In this document: positions 29,201 through 39,048 of the stretch, one piece after another
How the letters are laid out: each line of letters opens with the position of its first letter
Position numbering within the stretch: the stretch's first letter is position 1
IMG/VR virus record: IMGVR_UViG_3300033153_008467
Span: 1 to 57,378 of that record
DNA: 57,378 bases
Origin: a virus
Taxonomy: Duplodnaviria; Caudoviricetes
Reading direction: 5' to 3' (one strand)
Translations under genes and position numbers: made by a program
Notes under the pieces: model-generated
Seen by the model: the letters and a program-made list of their open reading frames with translations, nothing else
Database searches by the model: none
Told to the model about the DNA's origin: nothing

Positions 29201-29773
29201 TTACATGATGCCTGCTATGGCGATGTCGTAGCTGATGTCGCCGCCGCTCGCCTCGCTGCCCGCGTGCTCGATCTGCAATATGTCATGCGTCGCCGGCGAG
29301 ATGCTGTACCCGTCGCGTGGCGCGCACAGCCCGATCTTGCCGTCCGACCGCAGGAGCAGTTGCGCGTCCTGGTCTCCGTTGAAGAGCGACGCCCACGCGT
29401 CGCCCCCGGCCCCGCCGATCAGCAGGTCCTCGCCGGCCGTTGGCGTCGCCGTCGTGTCGTCCGTGTCTCCGGCGACCACGCCTCGGTTGTGGACCATCAG
29501 GACCTTGATCGACGTGAACTCGATCGTGTTGCCGTACTGGTCTGCGAGCCCGCCCCGTAGATCGAGCAAGTCCGTCCCCGACGCCAGGGTCAGTGTTCTG
29601 CGTGCGACCCAAAGCGTATCGCACTGGTTGTCGCCCTTGCCGGAGGTCAGGAACTCCGTCAGGAACCGTAGGTAGTCCTTGTACTCGGCATAGCGCGTAT
29701 TCCCCGCCTCCACCGCGTCGCGGTAGACGAAGTCGAATCGCGCGTTGAATGTGCCCGTGAATGTCACAGTCAT
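29201..29773 (-). CDS. putative structural protein
   Basis: 190 aa ORF between tail terminator and tail tube. Confidence 0.65.
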   Translation of the reverse strand: MTVTFTGTFNARFDFVYRDAVEAGNTRYAEYKDYLRFLTEFLTSGKGDNQCDTLWVARRTLTLASGTDLLDLRGGLADQYGNTIEFTSIKVLMVHNRGVVAGDTDDTTATPTAGEDLLIGGAGGDAWASLFNGDQDAQLLLRSDGKIGLCAPRDGYSISPATHDILQIEHAGSEASGGDISYDIAIAGIM

Positions 29774-29831
29774 ATCGTGCTTCTCCTCTCGATGAGAATT
29801 GAATTGCCAGACCGTCCCGCCATCCCCCTCG

Positions 29832-30260
29832 TCAGGCCGGCCTCCGTCTCCAGTAAGTCACGTCATAGTCAATTGCGCATGCCCACCGATCCTCTGCCGC
29901 CTGCTCGGTACCCTGGCCTATCTTCGTCAATCGCACGTCACGCAACCCCGCGGCCGACAGTGGCAGCGAGAACGAGTCGAATACCGCGTTGACCAGCTCC
30001 GCGTGGTCCCTCACCAGCTCCAGGGTCGCGTCGACGATCTCGAAGTTGAACGATTCCTGAACGAACACCCACCGGTCGAACGCGCCCTCCTCGTTGCTCT
30101 CCTGCGGGTCGACCATCGTGCAGTACGGCACTGGCACGTCGGACGGGGACCCGACCTCGCCCGAGTGCAGCTCATCGAACGGGCCGATGTCACTCGCCCC
30201 GGCGATTAGGGAGGTGGCCGCATCGAACGCCGTCTTGATCGCGTCGTATAGGTCAGCCAA
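29832..30260 (-). CDS. putative tail terminator/completion protein
   Basis: LYDAIK, VPYCT; size and synteny; TTG start inferred. Confidence 0.6.
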   Translation of the reverse strand: MADLYDAIKTAFDAATSLIAGASDIGPFDELHSGEVGSPSDVPVPYCTMVDPQESNEEGAFDRWVFVQESFNFEIVDATLELVRDHAELVNAVFDSFSLPLSAAGLRDVRLTKIGQGTEQAAEDRWACAIDYDVTYWRRRPA

Positions 30261-30930
30261 TCTTGATGCCCCCTTTTGCTGAGAACGCCTTCGCCTCACT
30301 AAGTATCAATCTCTTCAGCCGCCTCCTGTTTCTCTTCAGCGTCCTCCATAGGTACGGTCGCTTCTTTAACCTGAAGCCCTTCGCCTTCATCGTGTAGACC
30401 CACTTGCCTTTGTAGCCGAAGACCATCACCTTCTTTCTCTTCGGCCTCCGGGCTGGTATATACGCCCCTTTCTCCAGGGAGACGCCGTACTTGACTTTCG
30501 TCCCGACTACAACCATCAATCGCTGCCGGTCCCCCGACCAGAAGATCGACCGCGCCAGCTTGCCCGTATCCCGCTTCGGCGGTTGCCCTGGCTTCGATCG
30601 GTTGAACTGCATCGGCTTGCCGGCCGCGCGGCGCTTGAAAAACTCCGGCTCACTGCCACCCTTCCCCCGCCGCCAACGCATACCGCGTCCCAGCTCACCA
30701 GTCCGCGTGAACTTTCCCCGCATCCGCTCCGAACCTTTAATTTTTTTGTAGCCAAACGCAGGCCGCCTCCGCCCGCCTCCGCCCGCCCTGGCCGGCTTGC
30801 TGATCGCCTCTACTACGAGCGCTCGCCCTGCGGCCGCCGCCTTCCTTAATCCGCGGTAAAGTTCCCTCTTCATTCCCGCGAATTGCTTGTCGCCGTGCCA
30901 CTTCACCCTCGCCCTACCCGGCGTCGCCAT
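30253..30930 (-). CDS. HK97 gp10-like neck/tail completion protein
   Basis: PKRDTGKLARSI, VGTKVKYG..LEKG, RPYL. Confidence 0.78.
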   Translation of the reverse strand: MATPGRARVKWHGDKQFAGMKRELYRGLRKAAAAGRALVVEAISKPARAGGGGRRRPAFGYKKIKGSERMRGKFTRTGELGRGMRWRRGKGGSEPEFFKRRAAGKPMQFNRSKPGQPPKRDTGKLARSIFWSGDRQRLMVVVGTKVKYGVSLEKGAYIPARRPKRKKVMVFGYKGKWVYTMKAKGFRLKKRPYLWRTLKRNRRRLKRLILSEAKAFSAKGGIKIG

Positions 30931-31283
30931 TATTGGTTCCGCCCCCTCTCCTCACAATCGATCCGCCACAGCCGGTCCAATCCGGCCTGGTTTACCGGCT
31001 CTCCGATCTGCTCTAGCACTTTGCCAGCCAGCCCGGCCGGCATCACCACCGTCCACTGGTCCCCGTGCGACGAGCCCGGGTCGCTGCTGAAGTACGCTAC
31101 GTGCGTCACCACGTACTCCCGCTGGTCAAGCACGAGTGAATCGTAGCTCGATCGCGGCTGAAGGAAGCACCGCTTCGCCGCCGTCCCCGAGTGCGCGAGC
31201 GCCTGGCTGCCCGCCGTCCCGACCGAGACCGTCCGGGGCTGGTGCGTCATGCTGTGCCGGCTGCACTGCGACTCGATGCTCAC
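30930..31283 (-). CDS. putative head closure protein
   Basis: About 117 aa beta-rich ORF after head-tail connector; GTG start. Confidence 0.55.
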   Translation of the reverse strand: MSIESQCSRHSMTHQPRTVSVGTAGSQALAHSGTAAKRCFLQPRSSYDSLVLDQREYVVTHVAYFSSDPGSSHGDQWTVVMPAGLAGKVLEQIGEPVNQAGLDRLWRIDCEERGRNQ

Positions 31284-31474
31284 CCGTTCTTCATCTCCGG
31301 CTTGCCGAATGATTTCAGTAGCTTGTCCGCCTCCTCGGCCGACGCGACGCGAATCAGGTTCGAGCATAGCAGCGTCCCCGGCAAAGGCGAGTCGTCGACG
31401 AACGCCTCGCCGCACTGGACGCACGCGGCGTGCTTGGCCGACTTACCCGCGTACACCTCGCTCAGTTTCCTCAT
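31280..31474 (-). CDS. small CxxC protein
   Basis: MRKLSEVY...CVQCG; stop overlaps next start. Confidence 0.5.
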   Translation of the reverse strand: MRKLSEVYAGKSAKHAACVQCGEAFVDDSPLPGTLLCSNLIRVASAEEADKLLKSFGKPEMKNG

Positions 31475-31485
31475 CCCACGTTCTC

Positions 31486-32220
31486 CTAGAGTTTGCGGCC
31501 AACATGGATGTACGGCACCAGCAGCTTCCTCGCCTTCTTCGGAAGCCGCGACGCCACTTCCTCCACCGCGTAGGTTCCCGTCCAGTCGCCCATCCGCTCC
31601 GACTTCAATGCCCCGCCGCCGGGGCCCCACGACGCGAACTCCTGCCGCACCCCCAGCAGCACCGCCAGCTTGATCGGTGACGCCATCCCCGTCGTCAACT
31701 GGCCCGCCGTCCACCCCGCCGTGTACTGGACTTTGATCGTCCCCGGCCGGCTCGGCCACGGCCCCCCCCTTCGGACCAGGATGCCCGACCGACACATGCC
31801 GCTCTCGTGCTGCCACACCCAGTAGTCGTCCCCTGCCGTCAGTTCCGATGCGGCTGGGAAGTCCCCGCTCTGCTGCCCACCGTAGGCGTCCGCGTCCTCG
31901 TAGACCGCCGATACGGCCGTCACGGGCACTTCTGGCAGGATCAGCCGATTGCCCGCGGAGACCGACGCCGCCCTTAGCTCCACCGCCTTATCGCCACGCT
32001 TGACCCACATGCTGCCGAGGTCCGCGGCGAAGGCACCGCCCGCGTCGACCATCGGCAGGTAGTGCGTGTACGTCGCCTGCTCGATCGCCGTGCCGGTGAA
32101 GTCCTTCACCGCCTGCTCGACAGTCGGGAGGACCGAGTTCAAGAATGCGGTCTCGCTGGCCGTGGCACTCCCCGCCTTGCCCAGGAACGGCAGCACATCG
32201 GCGAACAGGTCAGCAATCAT
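31486..32220 (-). CDS. head-tail connector/adaptor protein
   Basis: LPEVPVTAVSAV, IKVQYTAGW, KSERMGDWTGTY, LLVPY. Confidence 0.78.
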   Translation of the reverse strand: MIADLFADVLPFLGKAGSATASETAFLNSVLPTVEQAVKDFTGTAIEQATYTHYLPMVDAGGAFAADLGSMWVKRGDKAVELRAASVSAGNRLILPEVPVTAVSAVYEDADAYGGQQSGDFPAASELTAGDDYWVWQHESGMCRSGILVRRGGPWPSRPGTIKVQYTAGWTAGQLTTGMASPIKLAVLLGVRQEFASWGPGGGALKSERMGDWTGTYAVEEVASRLPKKARKLLVPYIHVGRKL

Positions 32221-32224
32221 CGAT

Positions 32225-32590
32225 CTAATCCCCTGGTTGAGCCCGCAGTTCCGCCCTGATCGCGTCCAACGCCTCATGTGACGCCTCGCTCAGGCCCAGC
32301 TTCGCCGAGGCGTCATCCATGACGTCGCAGGCGTGCAGGCCGATCCTCCGCACCCGGTCGACGTGCTTCTCCTCGGTTTCCATGTGGCCCACCAGGCGTT
32401 CGGACAACTTCTTCTGCATGGTGTTCGCCGACTCTACGTACTTGATGTGGGTGGCAGCTACCTTCTCGACCGGCCCGTCCTTGCCGAACATCCGCCTGGC
32501 GATCCATGCGACCACCGCCCCCACGAAGACGAGCACGGCCACGGCCACGCCCTGGTCGAACCATCCGAGCATTGAATCGGCGAGCAGCAT
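32225..32590 (-). CDS. single-TM membrane protein, possibly holin-like
   Basis: Hydrophobic GVAVAVLVFVGAVVAWIA followed by helical region. Confidence 0.5.
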   Translation of the reverse strand: MLLADSMLGWFDQGVAVAVLVFVGAVVAWIARRMFGKDGPVEKVAATHIKYVESANTMQKKLSERLVGHMETEEKHVDRVRRIGLHACDVMDDASAKLGLSEASHEALDAIRAELRAQPGD

Positions 32591-32632
32591 CGTTGCGTCT
32601 CCAGTTCTGCCGGGCACTCCCGGCGTTTTCCG

Positions 32633-32950
32633 TTATACGTCGCCACGCGACATCACCGCGTAGCCTTTGAACGGGTTCCCCGTGGTAATGAGCCGGAACC
32701 CGCGGCCGGTCTTCGCCTTCGGGCAGTGCTCGATGTTCTCGAACGGGCCGATCGTTATCTGCGTGTCCGCCAGGACCTCAAACGCCGGTATCAGAATCTC
32801 ACCTGTCGTGCTCTGGAGTGCGATGGTGCCGTTGGCCGTCAATGATCCGGTGAGATACCACAGCCTCGCGTTGTGGCTCGGGGAGGCTGCAAGGATGATC
32901 GTAGTCCCCGCCGCTGCCTGGTTAATTGGTGTCCGCGTATACGTCAGCAT
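32633..32950 (-). CDS. hypothetical, probably virion protein
   Basis: 105 aa; SD GAGGAG. Confidence 0.6.
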   Translation of the reverse strand: MLTYTRTPINQAAAGTTIILAASPSHNARLWYLTGSLTANGTIALQSTTGEILIPAFEVLADTQITIGPFENIEHCPKAKTGRGFRLITTGNPFKGYAVMSRGDV

Positions 32951-32968
32951 CGCACAGCTCCTCTTTTG

Positions 32969-33367
32969 TTATGTTTTGCCGACGTCGCCGCCGGGCGTCG
33001 CCAAAAAGTGTATCGCTCCGATCTCACACGTCTTGATCGCATCCGCAGGTGCCGTCTCGCTGTCGTCTATGACCGCGACCTCAGCGGTGTACGCCCCGAA
33101 CAGCGAACCGGTATCCCCCTGGGCCAACCGCACCGTCACCTGGGCGTACGTCGTTGAGCCGTCCCCCACTTCGTCCACCGTCACCACGGACCCGTTGGCC
33201 GTCGCCGCCACGCTGTCGAGGTCCAGGTCTGGCGCGCCCGTGCCGCGGCCGACCTTGCACCGCACCACGTCCGTCCCGGCCAGCACGAGGTAGCCCCCGC
33301 TGACCGTCTTCAGCGTGACGGTGAAGTCAACCGTCCGTCCAGCTTCCGCGACGACCTCGAATGCCAT
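32969..33367 (-). CDS. Ig/BppU-N-like beta-sandwich virion protein
   Basis: DFTVTLK, VTVRLAQGDT..L.G.YTAEV pattern. Confidence 0.55.
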   Translation of the reverse strand: MAFEVVAEAGRTVDFTVTLKTVSGGYLVLAGTDVVRCKVGRGTGAPDLDLDSVAATANGSVVTVDEVGDGSTTYAQVTVRLAQGDTGSLFGAYTAEVAVIDDSETAPADAIKTCEIGAIHFLATPGGDVGKT

Positions 33368-33376
33368 GTTGAAACC

Positions 33377-33529
33377 CTATCTTGTCATTCTCGGAAGATG
33401 TTTCCACCCTTCGCGATCACGCCATCGGCCAGTGATGCGAAGCGCCTCCATGGCAGTTTGGTACTTCCACATCAAGTAGCGGCCAGCCCAACAGAGCTTT
33501 GTGATTTTGAACGCCTGCCGTTTCTTCAT
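33377..33529 (-). CDS. small basic hypothetical protein
   Basis: 50 aa; ATGA overlap with upstream gene. Confidence 0.45.
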   Translation of the reverse strand: MKKRQAFKITKLCWAGRYLMWKYQTAMEALRITGRWRDREGWKHLPRMTR

Positions 33530-33753
33530 GACTCCCTCTTGGCCCAAGTCGTGTCGCCCGGGCCCGTCCGCGTTACGGCGACGCTGCCCGGGCCCGCCCG
33601 CGTTACGGCGACGCTGCCCGGGCCCGCCCGCGCCCATTCCGTGTCGCCGGGGAACTTCGGCACAGCGGTCACGCCCGTACCTCGCCACGTGCCGCAGGCG
33701 AACGTCGCGCCTGCGAACGTATGGCTCTCGAATGTATCCTTTGCGCTAGCCAT
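33526..33753 (-). CDS. small repeat-containing protein
   Basis: RAGPGSVAVT repeats; coupled to flanking genes. Confidence 0.6.
   Translation of the reverse strand: MASAKDTFESHTFAGATFACGTWRGTGVTAVPKFPGDTEWARAGPGSVAVTRAGPGSVAVTRTGPGDTTWAKRES
33556..33632. repeat. 30-bp tandem repeat, about 2.6 copies
   Basis: GCCCGGGCCCGYCCGCGTTACGGCGACGCT. Confidence 0.9.
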
Positions 33754-35375
33754 TAGTTGTACGCGATCCCCGATCGGTTTCCGCTCGCGTCTACCGTAAC
33801 TACCACGGTCTTGACCGACCCTTCGTAGTCCTTGAATGTCTCGATACCCGTCCCCGCCCCGCTGATTACGCCGCTCGTGATCGCCCCGATCCGTCGCAGG
33901 GCCTCGGCCATCGTCACCCCGGCTACCAGCGTGTCGACATTGAGCACGTCAAGGACCTGGGCGTTCACCTGGGCCGGCGTAGCCAGCGTACCGATCTGCG
34001 TGTCGAGGTTCGCCGAGCTAAGACCGACGGCTGTTCGCACACCGGCCGCGTCGAGGAAGCCCGTAGCCGTAGTACAGCTCGTCAACGTTGAGCCCGTACC
34101 TAACGCGGCAACTACTGCCGCCGCATCATGCGTGCTCAGGCCGCTCACGTCTGCTTTGTAATCCGCCGGTGTTGACAGTGCTCGGTTCTCTGCCGTCCAT
34201 ACTGCCGCCGCGTCATGCGTACTAAGACCTGAAACATCCGCCTTGTAGTCAGCGGGTGTTGATAACGCCCTACTACCCGCAGTCCATACGGCTGCTGCGT
34301 CGTGAGTCGAGGGGGCGTAATCGTTAATCGCTTTACGGACGGCCAGGGCAATGATATTCGAGGCATAGACTGTTGACCCCACGTCCGCTGCAAAAGTCGC
34401 GTTGTCGATGGCCGCTGCTGCAATGGCCGCTGCATCAATGGCCCCTGCTGCAAAGGACGATGCCGTAATGCCCCCAGCCAGTACCGTATGAGCGTCTTGG
34501 TAGCACTGCGGGTAAATCTCGTAAACCGTGTCAGCCCCAGGGTTTGTCACCCAATTCGGCTCAATGTCTGCCGTCACGGTGTCGCCAGTGTAGTCGTGGA
34601 TATGGCGGCTCTGGCCCACCCCTGTACCGCCTGTCAACACGATCCGCGTCGCGTTGTACCAATCGTCGTTCGCGTTTTCCCCCGCCTCAAGTTGGATTGT
34701 GCTAGCCGTGCCCCCTTGTGCCGTACCATCTGAGAGCACTACAGCCGCTTCAGCTTGCCGCAACCTTCGCCCTGCACTTGTCGCAATATTGTGCGTTGCC
34801 CCGGTAAGTATCTCATCCCAGATAGCATCGGCCATAGCTAGGGCGTAGGTGCTAGTCTTCAATACGAGGTCGAGGCCAGTAGCAGCTACCTTGCCGCCGG
34901 TACTTCCGAGGAATACCCCGCCCGACGCCCCACCGACTTCGGCGGGCAACGCCGTTCCAGTAAGCCCTCGTGTTTCGCTGTAGTTGTCACAGGCGGATTT
35001 CAGATTGGCAGCAGCAGCAGCATTGCTATTAACTTGGATCGCATCTGCCGGTACTGGGGCTAAGGTAAACGACCCGACAAAGCCCGTCGGGTTCTGCGAG
35101 TCAACTAGCAGGGTGCAAAATACCCCATACGTATTGCCAGCCGCAAAGCCGTTTCCGTCCGTTGCCGCTACCGCGATCTCGTGTGCACCCGCCGGATAGT
35201 TGGCGTGCGTCAACAGCGTTGCCGCACCGCTCAGCGTAGGGATAGCATCCGCAGCAGCTCCGCCAAGCCGAACGTCATAGACCGGCGTAGCCCCATCGTT
35301 GCCGGAGCCGCTCGTGTCGTTCGCACCGAACCAGAAGTAGATCGTGTCTTCTAATGTTGCGTATTGGTGGCTCAT
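33753..35375 (-). CDS. Ala/Thr/Gly-rich fibre-like virion protein
   Basis: 540 aa; composition, internal repeats, location between capsid and head-tail genes. Confidence 0.68.
   Translation of the reverse strand: MSHQYATLEDTIYFWFGANDTSGSGNDGATPVYDVRLGGAAADAIPTLSGAATLLTHANYPAGAHEIAVAATDGNGFAAGNTYGVFCTLLVDSQNPTGFVGSFTLAPVPADAIQVNSNAAAAANLKSACDNYSETRGLTGTALPAEVGGASGGVFLGSTGGKVAATGLDLVLKTSTYALAMADAIWDEILTGATHNIATSAGRRLRQAEAAVVLSDGTAQGGTASTIQLEAGENANDDWYNATRIVLTGGTGVGQSRHIHDYTGDTVTADIEPNWVTNPGADTVYEIYPQCYQDAHTVLAGGITASSFAAGAIDAAAIAAAAIDNATFAADVGSTVYASNIIALAVRKAINDYAPSTHDAAAVWTAGSRALSTPADYKADVSGLSTHDAAAVWTAENRALSTPADYKADVSGLSTHDAAAVVAALGTGSTLTSCTTATGFLDAAGVRTAVGLSSANLDTQIGTLATPAQVNAQVLDVLNVDTLVAGVTMAEALRRIGAITSGVISGAGTGIETFKDYEGSVKTVVVTVDASGNRSGIAYN
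34113..34310. repeat. 87-bp (29-aa) coding repeat, about 2.3 copies
   Basis: STHDAAAVWTAxxRALSTPADYKADVSGL repeated with synonymous changes. Confidence 0.85.
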
Positions 35376-36208
35376 GCGATCAGGGCTCCGTCAAACAGGT
35401 CGGCGCCAAGATTGGCTTTTTGGATCTGGTTCATAATCGCACCTACAGGAGGGGCTACCGCGGCCGGGAGCACCAACGGGCGCGGACGGAACATCGCGTA
35501 GGGGTCGGCATAGAGTTGTTGGATTTCTTCCGGCATAACGGCGCGGCCCCAGATGCCCGTGTTGATGAGTCTGCCATCCATCGAATCGACGGCAGCGCCG
35601 CTCGCACCATAGTTTCCCAACCGCCAAATCGTAAAAGGGCCAGCGAGGGCGGTAGGAACACCAAGCTGGACGGCATCACGATACAGAGTATACTTTGCCC
35701 CATCATGCTGGATAAAGTAATGGTGTAGTCCAGTCACAGCGAAAGCGAAGGTCTGGGTGCTTGTACCATTGGCGTCATTATACAGGTAATAGTAAGGCGA
35801 AGCAGAGCCGATCAGGATTCGCGTGTATTTTCCCGCTGTGAAATCGTAACCGAAGAGGCCACCCCAACTCACGTACAGCGAGTCGATGTCTGCCCAACAT
35901 GAGAAAGCCCAAGGTTGTGTCCCCAGGGCAATGGGTGTTTCCAGTTCGATGTAATCGCCACTACCCTCTCCGGCGTGCTTAACACCCCACCCCATCTCCG
36001 TCAAACCCCACGCTGTTGCTGGGGGTATATTGGTGAGCGTGCCGTGGTTCTTCTTGCCTGGACTCCAATCGTGCAACGTCAAACCAGTTGGACCGAGCGA
36101 GGGCGACCACAAGCCGACACAATCTTTCCACAACCCTGGATTCGCAGACTCCGCCGCACAGGTAGCGAAACCTTCCTTGTAGGTCGGGACTACAATGTTT
36201 CGGCTCAT
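35372..36208 (-). CDS. LamG/concanavalin A-like lectin domain protein
   Basis: DWS...NHGTL, FSCW, HHY, LYRD, DGRL....IWGRA..PEEIQQLY. Confidence 0.8.
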   Translation of the reverse strand: MSRNIVVPTYKEGFATCAAESANPGLWKDCVGLWSPSLGPTGLTLHDWSPGKKNHGTLTNIPPATAWGLTEMGWGVKHAGEGSGDYIELETPIALGTQPWAFSCWADIDSLYVSWGGLFGYDFTAGKYTRILIGSASPYYYLYNDANGTSTQTFAFAVTGLHHYFIQHDGAKYTLYRDAVQLGVPTALAGPFTIWRLGNYGASGAAVDSMDGRLINTGIWGRAVMPEEIQQLYADPYAMFRPRPLVLPAAVAPPVGAIMNQIQKANLGADLFDGALIA

Positions 36209-36786
36209 GCCGCTGCCTGGATGTCGGGGATAACCGGGGTGACCGTGATGTGGGTCTCGTCCATTGCCACGGCTGTGTCTCGGAATTTACTGCTTGTGTT
36301 GTTCACGACGACCAGTACGCCGTAGCGATTCGGCACGTAGAACTTCCTGATCGCTGTATCAATATTCACCACTTGATTGAGCACCGTCATCGCACCGAGG
36401 TACATCAACTGCGGAAGCCCTGCTACAGCATACACTCCATCCGCCCCTGCGATGTTGCCGGGGTTGCCCGTTGCTGGCGTCACACTTGGTGACGGGGCCC
36501 AGTAGAAGTCGACCGTGCCCCCGGCATCTGGAGCAGCCTCCCATTCGATGCAAGCACCAAGCATCCATTGCTGTGGCCACGCAGCACCGAGGTCAGCAGT
36601 CTTGGTTGATTGCCTGGCAGCCGCCGCGGCAACGCCGGTTAGGTCGAGCTGTACCTTTGTGCCCGTACCAATCCGAATATCATTGGCTGCGGTCGTCGGA
36701 GGCCCCGCTCCAGCATTGGGAAAGTCCGTCGCATCAGCGAACAGAAGCCCAGTCGCGTGTACTTGGAGCACTTGTTGCGTTGCCAT
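36205..36786 (-). CDS. putative virion protein
   Basis: 193 aa beta-rich ORF, coupled. Confidence 0.65.
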   Translation of the reverse strand: MATQQVLQVHATGLLFADATDFPNAGAGPPTTAANDIRIGTGTKVQLDLTGVAAAAARQSTKTADLGAAWPQQWMLGACIEWEAAPDAGGTVDFYWAPSPSVTPATGNPGNIAGADGVYAVAGLPQLMYLGAMTVLNQVVNIDTAIRKFYVPNRYGVLVVVNNTSSKFRDTAVAMDETHITVTPVIPDIQAAA

Positions 36787-37181
36787 TACATCCTCACTTG
36801 CTCAATGTGCCCGGGATACACGAAGGCCAACCCAAGCTCTTCGCACCGATCAACCGTCTTCGTTTGCAACGCCACCAGGTTCGCTCGGGTAACGGTTCCC
36901 GCAACCCAAATGGCTGCAATCTGAGCCCGGATGTTCTCGTTGGAAACATCCACGTCACCAGCTACCAGAATTGCAATCCATGCGTCGCGTGCTACGGCAG
37001 AAAGAGCCACGTACTCTGTGCCGACGACGGCAGCTTGCAGTTTGCCGGCACTGATGGTCTCAACGTCTACTGCCCGATTCACGAGGTGCATATCGGCCGC
37101 CACTTCAGTAGCAGTCATGTCCGCGTACCCACGCCCAAGTGGGTCGAGCAGCACTTCGGGCCCGAGGATTGCGTTGTTCAT
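36786..37181 (-). CDS. hypothetical protein
   Basis: 131 aa; DPLGRGY; coupled. Confidence 0.65.
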   Translation of the reverse strand: MNNAILGPEVLLDPLGRGYADMTATEVAADMHLVNRAVDVETISAGKLQAAVVGTEYVALSAVARDAWIAILVAGDVDVSNENIRAQIAAIWVAGTVTRANLVALQTKTVDRCEELGLAFVYPGHIEQVRM

Positions 37182-37230
37182 TCACCCACCGCCTTTCTGT
37201 TCGTTCACCACTCCATCGGCTCGCCGCCGC

Positions 37231-37359
37231 CTACTTCGTCGCGTACCCCCGCCCGCTGCCACCGCACTTCGGGCACGGCACCTTGCGACCTTTCAGCTTC
37301 TTGCTTGGCACTACGCGACGACCGCCGCAGAGCCGGCACACCTGGTCCTTGCTTCGCAT
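37231..37359 (-). CDS. tiny DnaJ-type zinc finger protein
   Basis: CRLCGG...CPKCGGSG. Confidence 0.5.
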   Translation of the reverse strand: MRSKDQVCRLCGGRRVVPSKKLKGRKVPCPKCGGSGRGYATK

Positions 37360-38294
37360 ATCCGGTTCTCCAGTTGGCTGACGCGGTCCTCGTAAGAATG
37401 GTGCCGAAGCACCCATTGCCGGGCCCTATCTCCGATAATACGCCGCGTATTGACACTGTGCGCGTAATCCGTGACCAGTCGAAATAGATCCCCGTGTGTC
37501 TTGTAGGCCGCGTACTTCGTCTGGCCGTCCTGTCCTGGTAGCCCCGGCGACCACCGCCTGACATGGCACGCACCCATGCCAAGCACGAGCCAGAACTTGT
37601 CGCTCCAGTAGCCCGGTAAATCGGATCGCACCCCGCAGTCCACCACGACCGCAGCATCGCTCACCAGCCCCGGCAGCTTCTCCGGCGGAACGAACGGCAC
37701 GTACTCGACGCCTTTGAGGCCACCGTAGTTGCCCTCCTGGACCGCCCATCCGACGCGGAGACCGGCGCCCACCATGGCCGCCACGTCCTCCCGCCGCTGC
37801 CTCCAGCGAGTCGTGCCGAGCACCAGGGCGTCCCATCGGGGATGCTCCCGGTGCTCGCACTCGCCGATCCAGTGCGGGCACGCCTGGTCGAACCACTCCG
37901 CGTTGACGCCCAGCTCGCGGTACTCGGCCAGTAGCGACCGCTCCTTGACCAGGGCCAGGTCGCACGACCGCAGTCCCCGCATGAGCGGCGTCTCGGCCAT
38001 CTTCTGGCCGTCCCACTGGAACAAGAGCGGCTGCTCGGCCAGCGGCTTCGGCGCGAACGCCACTAGGTCGAACATCCACCCGACCCGGAAGCATCCGCTC
38101 CGCTGCCGCGGGCCGACGTGGTTCTGAAGCCACTTCGGCTCCCAGATCGACACGTCGGCCCACCGCTCGGCCTTGGCCACGTCGTCCGAGAACGCCGCGC
38201 ACCGCACCTCGTGGCCCGTCCGCTCCAGGGCGGCTGCCACCCAGGTGTACTTGCCCCATCGCTGGTGATGCGCGGAGATGACGGCGAGCTTCAT
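37311..38294 (-). CDS. CgeB-like glycosyltransferase in the head module
   Basis: WFDQAC, VLG...RRE, GYWSDKFW..LGMGA, HSYEDRV. Confidence 0.78.
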   Translation of the reverse strand: MKLAVISAHHQRWGKYTWVAAALERTGHEVRCAAFSDDVAKAERWADVSIWEPKWLQNHVGPRQRSGCFRVGWMFDLVAFAPKPLAEQPLLFQWDGQKMAETPLMRGLRSCDLALVKERSLLAEYRELGVNAEWFDQACPHWIGECEHREHPRWDALVLGTTRWRQRREDVAAMVGAGLRVGWAVQEGNYGGLKGVEYVPFVPPEKLPGLVSDAAVVVDCGVRSDLPGYWSDKFWLVLGMGACHVRRWSPGLPGQDGQTKYAAYKTHGDLFRLVTDYAHSVNTRRIIGDRARQWVLRHHSYEDRVSQLENRICEARTRCAGSAAVVA

Positions 38295-39013
38295 GCGTCG
38301 GCCTCCTCCATCTCTTCGATGCCGCGGCGCTTGCGGTACTCGGGCCATAGGCCCATGTTGAACCACTTCATCTCCTCGGCGGTCCGCGGCAGCGACCGGC
38401 TCCCGCCCACTCCGCCCATCGCGACCACCCGCTGCGACCACTCGGGGATGACCTTCGCCACGTCCTCGTCGGACAGCGTTAGTTGCCCCGTGTCCTTGTC
38501 TATCGCAAGCAGCGACTTCCAGTCCTGCACAACGCGGGCGAAAGATATCTCGTAGTCCTCCTCCATCTCGTCGACCGGGCGGATCGTGTGCGACCGCACG
38601 GCGCGCCGCATGTGCTCCAGCCACGTCGCCACTTGGACGTTCGTCAGCTTCAGCTCCTTCTCCCGGATCGGCCGAACTTCGTTAACGAATACGTCGCGGA
38701 CCGGTGAGCTTTTGATGAGGCCGTCAATCTTGTCGAGTATCGGCCGGTTCTCCTCCCAGGCGAGCGGGTCGATCAGCCGGCCCATCTGCATGCCAATGTT
38801 CAGGATCACGTGCTGCCCCGGCACCTTCGGCATGTGGGAGGCGATCTTGCCGAGGTGCCCCCTGGCCCCGGGCGTCAGCTTCGTCAGGTCGTGCCGGCTC
38901 CGCAGACGCCGCTGTGGTCCGAAGTCGTTCTCGCACGGCGGGAACCCGAACCGCTCCCCCTTGGGGCAGTCGATCTCGATCACGAGGTCGTCTGCTTTGA
39001 AGTGCTTCGCCAT
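38291..39013 (-). CDS. hypothetical protein
   Basis: 240 aa ORF directly after capsid; SD present. Confidence 0.7.
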   Translation of the reverse strand: MAKHFKADDLVIEIDCPKGERFGFPPCENDFGPQRRLRSRHDLTKLTPGARGHLGKIASHMPKVPGQHVILNIGMQMGRLIDPLAWEENRPILDKIDGLIKSSPVRDVFVNEVRPIREKELKLTNVQVATWLEHMRRAVRSHTIRPVDEMEEDYEISFARVVQDWKSLLAIDKDTGQLTLSDEDVAKVIPEWSQRVVAMGGVGGSRSLPRTAEEMKWFNMGLWPEYRKRRGIEEMEEADA

Positions 39014-39048
39014 AGTACGTTCCTTCCCTCGTTGTTGAACCCGGAACC

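Noticed and set aside
32225-32590. Complete lysis cassette
   Set aside because: Only a single-TM protein; no recognisable endolysin or spanin nearby
33556-33632. CRISPR array
   Set aside because: Contiguous in-frame coding tandem repeat without spacers; no cas genes
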